A stretch of 64,000 bases of DNA from the NCBI GenBank assembly GCA_900540455.1, contig UQGD01000003.1:28325-92324 (forward strand), read 5' to 3'. Shown in pieces: positions 59,472-64,000 of this stretch; position 1 is the first letter of the stretch, and each line of letters begins with the position of its first letter. The position numbers were made by a program, and so were the translations under genes. Source of the stretch: an uncultured Faecalibacterium sp. (GTDB lineage: Bacteria > Bacillota > Clostridia > Oscillospirales > Ruminococcaceae). The notes beneath the pieces were generated by a model that did no database searches, was not told the origin of the DNA, and saw only the letters and a list, made by a program, of their open reading frames with translations.

Positions 59472-60107
59472 GTGCAGCTTTTAGGTTCGAGTTTGGTAAC
59501 TTCATTAGCAAATTTGGTGGTGTTCTCAGCGCTGCCCGTGCTCTGGTGGTGGGTACGCCATCGCAAGGAGGTCGGCTTTTCCCATTGGGTCGGTTTGTAC
59601 CGGCCGCAGCTTCAGAGCAGTATTTGGGTGCTTGTGGCGTTTGCGGTGGTATATGGGTTCTTTTATAACTTTGATTTTACCTGCCTGGCAAGCCCGGAGA
59701 CTCTGGCTTATTTAGAGTCCAGCGCCCAGGTCTCTGCCAACGTATATGCAGGGATGGGGGTTGCGGCAATTCCTGCCGCTTTGATAGAGAACTTTATCGC
59801 TAATGGCCTGGCAGAGGAGATTCTCTTCCGGGGGTTTTTGTGCAGGCGGCTGTGCGCTCGATTTGGCAGTATTCCGGGAATCCTGATGCAGGGGGTGCTG
59901 TTTGGGATAATGCACAACCTGCTCTATCTGGCAGCAGGGCTGCAAGTAGGGCTATGGTATCATCTTCTGGTCTTTGGCTTTACTGGGATGGGGGCGTTGC
60001 TGCTGGGCTGGTTGAATCAGCGGATCTTTAACGGTTCAATCTGGCCCAGTGTGCTGCTGCATGGGGCCGGCAACTTCCTCTCCAGTATGCTGGTGGCCTT
60101 TGGATAA
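59472..60107 (+). CDS. CPBP-family intramembrane metalloprotease (CAAX protease / Abi family)
   Basis: The conserved EExxFRG and FxxxH motifs are present, as LAEEILFRGFL and VLFGIMHNL. The start is GTG with an AAAAGGAGGAG RBS. Confidence 0.8.
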   Translation: MQLLGSSLVTSLANLVVFSALPVLWWWVRHRKEVGFSHWVGLYRPQLQSSIWVLVAFAVVYGFFYNFDFTCLASPETLAYLESSAQVSANVYAGMGVAAIPAALIENFIANGLAEEILFRGFLCRRLCARFGSIPGILMQGVLFGIMHNLLYLAAGLQVGLWYHLLVFGFTGMGALLLGWLNQRIFNGSIWPSVLLHGAGNFLSSMLVAFG

Positions 60108-60451
60108 GATGAAAACAAGGGAAAGAAGTTTTTGGACGTAAAATCCACGAAACGCACAAATTCCGGAAAAATTTTGCGGGACTGCTCTGCAAAAAGCCGG
60201 TCGCAGCGGCTTGATGCCACAGCGACAGGGGTTTTACCCGGCAAAATCCAGAAAAAGTGGGGCTTTTTTGCTGCAAAAAGAAAGGAAATGAAAGTCGTAC
60301 TTATTTTACAAAAAAGTCCGTCTTTGTTATAATCCAAACTGCCTTTTCCCAGATGCGGTTCTCAAAGGCGCCCGTAGGTCTATTTTTGGCAGGCCAGACG
60401 GGCTTTCTTTCTGTACGGATGTTCTTTGCAAGTTTGAGGAGAGTGAATCAA

Positions 60452-61843
60452 GTGAAAGAAGTCAAGTTGGAACAGGCAGCTTACGATTTTAACGGTAAGA
60501 TGTCGCTCCGCCAGGCAATTCCGCTGGGTCTGCAGCACGTCTGCGCCATGTTTGTGGGCAACCTGACCCCGCTGCTGATCATCACCGGTGCCTGCGGTAT
60601 GGTGGGGGGCGAGTTTGCCCACCTGCAGATCGACCTGCTCCAGAATGCCATGTTCGTTGCGGGCATCGTCACCCTGGTGCAGCTGTTTGCCATTGGGCCC
60701 ATCGGCGGCAAAGTGCCGATCATCATGGGCACCAGCTCTGGTTTTATTGGGGTGTTCAACAGCGTGGTGGCTACTATGGGCGGCGGCGTGCTGAGCTATG
60801 GCGCCATTATGGGTGCATCCATTCTGGGCGGTTTGTTTGAGACGGTGCTGGGCTTTTTCCTGAAACCGCTGCGCCGGTTCTTCCCGCCGGTGGTCACGGG
60901 CACGGTGGTGCTGTCCATCGGTCTGTCGCTGATCTCTGTGGGCGTCAACTCCTTTGGCGGCGGCAATAAGGCGGCGGACTTCGGCTCTGCGGAGAACCTG
61001 CTGCTGGCGATGTTCGTGCTGGTGGTGATTCTGATCTTCAAGCACTGGACCAAGGGGTTCCTCAGCTCCTCTTCCATCCTGATCGGTATCGTAGCTGGTT
61101 ACTTTGCAGCCATCCTGATGGGCTTTGTGCTGCCCACCACGGGCCTTACCGCAGAAGGGGCAGAGTTTACCAAGGCATGGGTGCTGGATTGGAGCAAGGT
61201 GGCAAATGCCAGCTGGTTTGCTTTGCCTAAGCTGATGCCGGTGCCCATTGAGTTTGACCTGCGGGCGATCCTGCCGGTACTGGTCATGTTCATCGTCACC
61301 GCAGTGGAAACGGTGGGCGATATTTCCGGCGTGATGGAGGGCGGTATTGGCCGTGAGCCTAGCGATGTAGAGCTGTCCGGCGGTGTGATCTGTGATGGCG
61401 TGGGCTCTGCTTTTGCAGCGCTGTTCGGTGTTCTTCCCAATACCTCCTTCAGCCAGAACGTGGGTCTGGTGGCCATGACCAAGGTGGTCAACCGGATGGC
61501 TCTGGCTTCCGGTGCGGTGTTCCTGGTGCTGTGCGGCCTGGTGCCCAAGCTGGGTGCCCTGGTGTCCATTATGCCGCAGGCTGTGCTGGGCGGCGCAGCG
61601 GTCATGATGTTCTCGTCCATCGTCATCAGCGGTATCCAGCTGATCACAAAGGAGAAGATGACCGCACGCAACCTGACCATCGTGTCGGTGGCGCTGGGCG
61701 TGGGCTATGGTATGGGTGCTACGCCCAATATCCTGGCACAGTGCCCGCAGTTTGTTCAGCTTATCTGCGGCGAGTCCGGCATTGTTCCTGCGGCTGCTGT
61801 GGCGATCCTGCTCAACCTGCTGCTGCCGAAAGAAGAAAATTGA
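60452..61843 (+). CDS. Nucleobase:cation symporter-2 (NCS2) permease, xanthine/uracil type
   Basis: The product contains LGLQHVCAMFVGNLTPLLII. About 12-14 TM helices are predicted. The start is GTG with a GAGGAGAG RBS. Confidence 0.85.
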   Translation: MKEVKLEQAAYDFNGKMSLRQAIPLGLQHVCAMFVGNLTPLLIITGACGMVGGEFAHLQIDLLQNAMFVAGIVTLVQLFAIGPIGGKVPIIMGTSSGFIGVFNSVVATMGGGVLSYGAIMGASILGGLFETVLGFFLKPLRRFFPPVVTGTVVLSIGLSLISVGVNSFGGGNKAADFGSAENLLLAMFVLVVILIFKHWTKGFLSSSSILIGIVAGYFAAILMGFVLPTTGLTAEGAEFTKAWVLDWSKVANASWFALPKLMPVPIEFDLRAILPVLVMFIVTAVETVGDISGVMEGGIGREPSDVELSGGVICDGVGSAFAALFGVLPNTSFSQNVGLVAMTKVVNRMALASGAVFLVLCGLVPKLGALVSIMPQAVLGGAAVMMFSSIVISGIQLITKEKMTARNLTIVSVALGVGYGMGATPNILAQCPQFVQLICGESGIVPAAAVAILLNLLLPKEEN

Positions 61844-61872
61844 TCCGGCGCTTTTATCTCGCCGGAATATAG

Positions 61873-61905
61873 AAAACAGCCGGTACATCCGTACCGGCTG
61901 TTTTT
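61873..61905. terminator. Bidirectional rho-independent terminator
   Basis: A 10-bp perfect stem cagccggtac/gtaccggctg has a 4-nt loop and AAAA/TTTTT flanks. Confidence 0.8.
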
Positions 61906-61909
61906 GCGT

Positions 61910-62542
61910 TTACAGCGCGTTTTCCAGTTTTCTCAGCGCTTCCGGGGTGTCGGCATCCTGCAATTCCAGCGGCGAATCCGGGGAGATGAACCGGACCTGT
62001 TCAGGGTGCTGCCGGAGCACAGCGCTGCCGCCCTGCCCCGGCGGCAGATGGAGCAGCGGTCCAAAGTAGGCACGCCCAAACAAAACCGGACTTCCTGCCT
62101 GACGGGGGCCGCTTTGCGGCATCCATCCCAGCCGGAAGATCTGCTGCTCCCGTGCCGGTCCGGCAGAGCAAAATGCCTGGACCAGCCGCTGCAGGGTCTG
62201 TGCTTTCAAAAGAGGCTGATCGCCGGGAAGAAACACGCACCCTGCTAAGGCGGGCTGCTGCTCCAGCAAAGCGGACAAACCCAATGCCACAGTATCACTG
62301 CGCAGCGGCTGGTCATGGAGCAAAGCGGGTATGCCGGTTTTGCGGCAGAGCTGGGCCACCTCTGGGCTGCGGGTCACAGCCAGCCGGGCGCAAAAGACAG
62401 GGGAGTCCGCCAGCGCCAAGGCAGAGCAGACCATAGGCTGCCCCCGAAAAGTGGCCAACAGCTTGTTGGAGCCAAACCGCTGGCTGCGGCCGGAGGCCAT
62501 CACTACACACCCGACAAAAACGGGACTGGCATCGTACTTCAT
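61910..62542 (-). CDS. mocA: MobA-like NTP transferase (probable molybdenum cofactor cytidylyltransferase MocA)
   Basis: The N-terminus VFVGCVVMASGRSQRFGSNKLL matches the MobA/MocA nucleotide-binding motif. The gene is adjacent to xanthine-dehydrogenase-family genes. Confidence 0.65.
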   Translation of the reverse strand: MKYDASPVFVGCVVMASGRSQRFGSNKLLATFRGQPMVCSALALADSPVFCARLAVTRSPEVAQLCRKTGIPALLHDQPLRSDTVALGLSALLEQQPALAGCVFLPGDQPLLKAQTLQRLVQAFCSAGPAREQQIFRLGWMPQSGPRQAGSPVLFGRAYFGPLLHLPPGQGGSAVLRQHPEQVRFISPDSPLELQDADTPEALRKLENAL

Positions 62543-62699
62543 TTTGGACACCTCGTACAGGAAAAAAGCCGAAAAATTCATCCCGCGCAAATTGCGGGCA
62601 AAAGTATGCTTTTAGTATGGATTATACCAAAAAATGTGGTAAAATAAAAGGAGATTGCGGCGCTATGCCTGCCGCCGCCAAAAAAGAGAGGGATTGCAG

Positions 62700-63458
62700 A
62701 TGATTACGATCCGAGAGTATGTCCGGGCCGAAAGCCTGGAACAAGCCTGGCAGCTCAACCAGAAACGCACGAACCGGGTCCTGGGTGGAATGGTCTGGCT
62801 CAAAATGGAAAATATTCCGGTGGGCACAGCCATTGATCTGTCTGCCCTGGGGCTGGATCAGATCCAGGAGACGCCGGAGCAGTTCTCCATTGGCGCCATG
62901 GTCACCCTGCGGGAGCTGGAGCAGCATGCCGGTCTTGCAGCCTATGCACAAGGTGCCTTTAAGGAGGCGCTGCGCCACATCGTCGGGGTGCAGCTGCGCA
63001 ACCTGGCCACGGTAGGCGGCAGTATTTACAGCCGGTTCGGCTTTTCTGACCTGCTGACCCTGCTGCTGGCAATGGATTGCGATGTGGAGCTTTATAAGGG
63101 CGGCATCCTGCCCCTGCGTGAGTATGCGCAGATGCCCTATGACCGGGATATCCTGGTGCGGCTGATCCTGCACAAGACACCGGCAAAGCATATCTATCAG
63201 TCGGTGCGTCCTACCCGTACAGACCTGCCGGTGCTGACCTGTGCTGCGGCACGCACCGAGACGGGTTTCCGGTTTGCGCTCGGCGCACGGCCCCAGCGTG
63301 CGGTGCTGTTTACATTCGATGAGGGGATGACACCCCAGGAGATGGCTGCCGCTGTTCAGGCACAGATCCAGACTGGCTCTAATATGCGGGGCAGTGCCGA
63401 ATATCGCCGCCATCTGGCCGGGGTGCTGGTGCGGCGTGCCGCAGAGCAGCTGGCTTAA
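62700..63458 (+). CDS. Xanthine dehydrogenase-family FAD-binding subunit (CoxM/XdhB-like)
   Basis: An FAD-binding PCMH domain is present, with VRAESLEQAWQL...LGGMVWL and ATVGGSI. Confidence 0.8.
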   Translation: MITIREYVRAESLEQAWQLNQKRTNRVLGGMVWLKMENIPVGTAIDLSALGLDQIQETPEQFSIGAMVTLRELEQHAGLAAYAQGAFKEALRHIVGVQLRNLATVGGSIYSRFGFSDLLTLLLAMDCDVELYKGGILPLREYAQMPYDRDILVRLILHKTPAKHIYQSVRPTRTDLPVLTCAAARTETGFRFALGARPQRAVLFTFDEGMTPQEMAAAVQAQIQTGSNMRGSAEYRRHLAGVLVRRAAEQLA

Positions 63459-63475
63459 AAGGGGAGGGGCTTTGT

Positions 63476-63946
63476 ATGCAGATCCAATTTACATTGAACG
63501 ATAAACCCGTCTCGGCGGATATCCGCCCGGACACATTGCTGCTGGACCTGGTCCGCAGCCTGGGCTGCACCAGTGTCAAACGGGGGTGCGAGACCTCCAA
63601 CTGCGGCTTGTGCACCCTGTTTTTGGATGATAAGCCGGTGCTGTCCTGCTCTGTGCTGGCAGTGCGGGCAGCAGGCCGCCGTGTTACCACCTTGGAGGGA
63701 CTGCAGCAGGAGGCTGCGGAATTCGGCGCATTTATTGCAGACCAGGGGGCAGAGCAGTGCGGCTTTTGCAATCCGGGTTTTGTGATGAACGCCCTGGCTC
63801 TCTTCCGGGAGAATCCGTATCCGTCGGAGGACGAGATCCGGGAGTACCTGGCTGGCAACCTTTGCCGCTGTTCTGGCTACGAGGGACAGCTGCGGGGCAT
63901 CCTGGCCTTTTTGGAATGGAAAAAACAGAAGGAGGCTGTCCAATGA
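63476..63946 (+). CDS. Xanthine dehydrogenase-family [2Fe-2S] subunit (CoxS/XdhC-like)
   Basis: Two [2Fe-2S] Cys clusters are present, GCETSNCGLCTLF and QCGFCNPGFV...NLCRCSGY. Confidence 0.9.
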   Translation: MQIQFTLNDKPVSADIRPDTLLLDLVRSLGCTSVKRGCETSNCGLCTLFLDDKPVLSCSVLAVRAAGRRVTTLEGLQQEAAEFGAFIADQGAEQCGFCNPGFVMNALALFRENPYPSEDEIREYLAGNLCRCSGYEGQLRGILAFLEWKKQKEAVQ

Positions 63947-64000
63947 AAGCTGTCAACCGCTCTGTCCGCAAAAAGGACGCTATGCAGTTGCTTACCGGGC
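63943..64000 (+). CDS. Xanthine dehydrogenase-family molybdopterin-binding large subunit, N-terminus only (truncated by the window end)
   Basis: The product begins MKAVNRSVRKKDAMQLLTG and overlaps the 2Fe-2S gene's stop. Confidence 0.55.
   Translation, partial: MKAVNRSVRKKDAMQLLTG

Noticed and set aside
60108-60451. A possible purine (guanine/xanthine) riboswitch upstream of the NCS2 permease, and similarly upstream of guaA at 42671-42740.
   Set aside because: The conserved cores UAUA, GGGAUAUGGCCC-like P2, GUUUCUACC and CCGUAAA were searched by eye on the relevant strands and not found. Only generic hairpins are present. This needs cmsearch to be definitive.

Overview
This is a 64 kb high-GC (~60%) Firmicutes/Clostridia chromosomal segment, most likely from an Oscillospiraceae- or Ruminococcaceae-like spore-former. 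It is mostly core genome with a few accessory patches, and only partial-length proteins are lost at the two window edges.

Main content, in order along the window:
- **Copper efflux (1–2.6 kb):** a csoR-copA operon, with a CsoR-type operator palindrome in its promoter.
- **Housekeeping and sporulation-linked genes (2.8–9.3 kb):** rpmB, a site-2 protease, scpA/scpB, ytfJ and rluB.
- **Biotin-dependent carboxyltransferase (9.4–12.6 kb):** a three-gene set resembling a transcarboxylase (12S-like, 1.3S biotin carrier, 5S), with an unusual alanine-rich 12S-like subunit.
- **Conserved Firmicutes block (12.9–25 kb):** yicC-remA-gmk-priA-def-fmt-rsmB-rlmN-stp-prkC-rsgA-thiN.
- **Sporulation coat genes (25–26.9 kb):** an unannotated spoVM-like 25-codon gene sits immediately upstream of sipL (DUF3794 plus LysM).
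- **Proline biosynthesis (27–29.9 kb):** a proC-proB-proA operon on the minus strand.
- **TetR-regulated radical SAM locus (30–34 kb):** a TetR regulator and a radical SAM/SPASM enzyme, followed by a SpoVB-like flippase.
- **Assorted genes (34–40.5 kb):** a CapD-like dehydratase, a LysA-like decarboxylase, an HD-domain protein, radC, comEA and a GGCT-like protein.
- **guaA and a possible horizontally acquired island (40.5–45 kb):** guaA, a leucine-rich-repeat lipoprotein, and a low-GC islet encoding a small secreted cysteine-rich protein.
- **Sialic-acid utilisation locus (45–53.8 kb):** an RpiR regulator, an ABC substrate-binding protein with two permeases, nanA, yhcH, nanE, nanK and an SGNH esterase.
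- **Second PASTA-domain protein (53.9–56.5 kb):** a membrane protein with an N-terminal zinc ribbon, a kinase-like domain lacking the catalytic residues, and two PASTA domains. It appears to be a pseudokinase and is tightly operonic with an alpha/beta hydrolase.
- **Remaining genes (56.5–64 kb):** gdhA, an Mrp/NBP35 ATPase, a CPBP protease, an NCS2 xanthine/uracil-family permease, a MocA-like cytidylyltransferase and the start of a xanthine-dehydrogenase-family operon.

No rRNA, tRNA, CRISPR array, transposase or integrase was recognised. Many long ORFs in the six-frame track are antisense artefacts of high-GC coding sequence.
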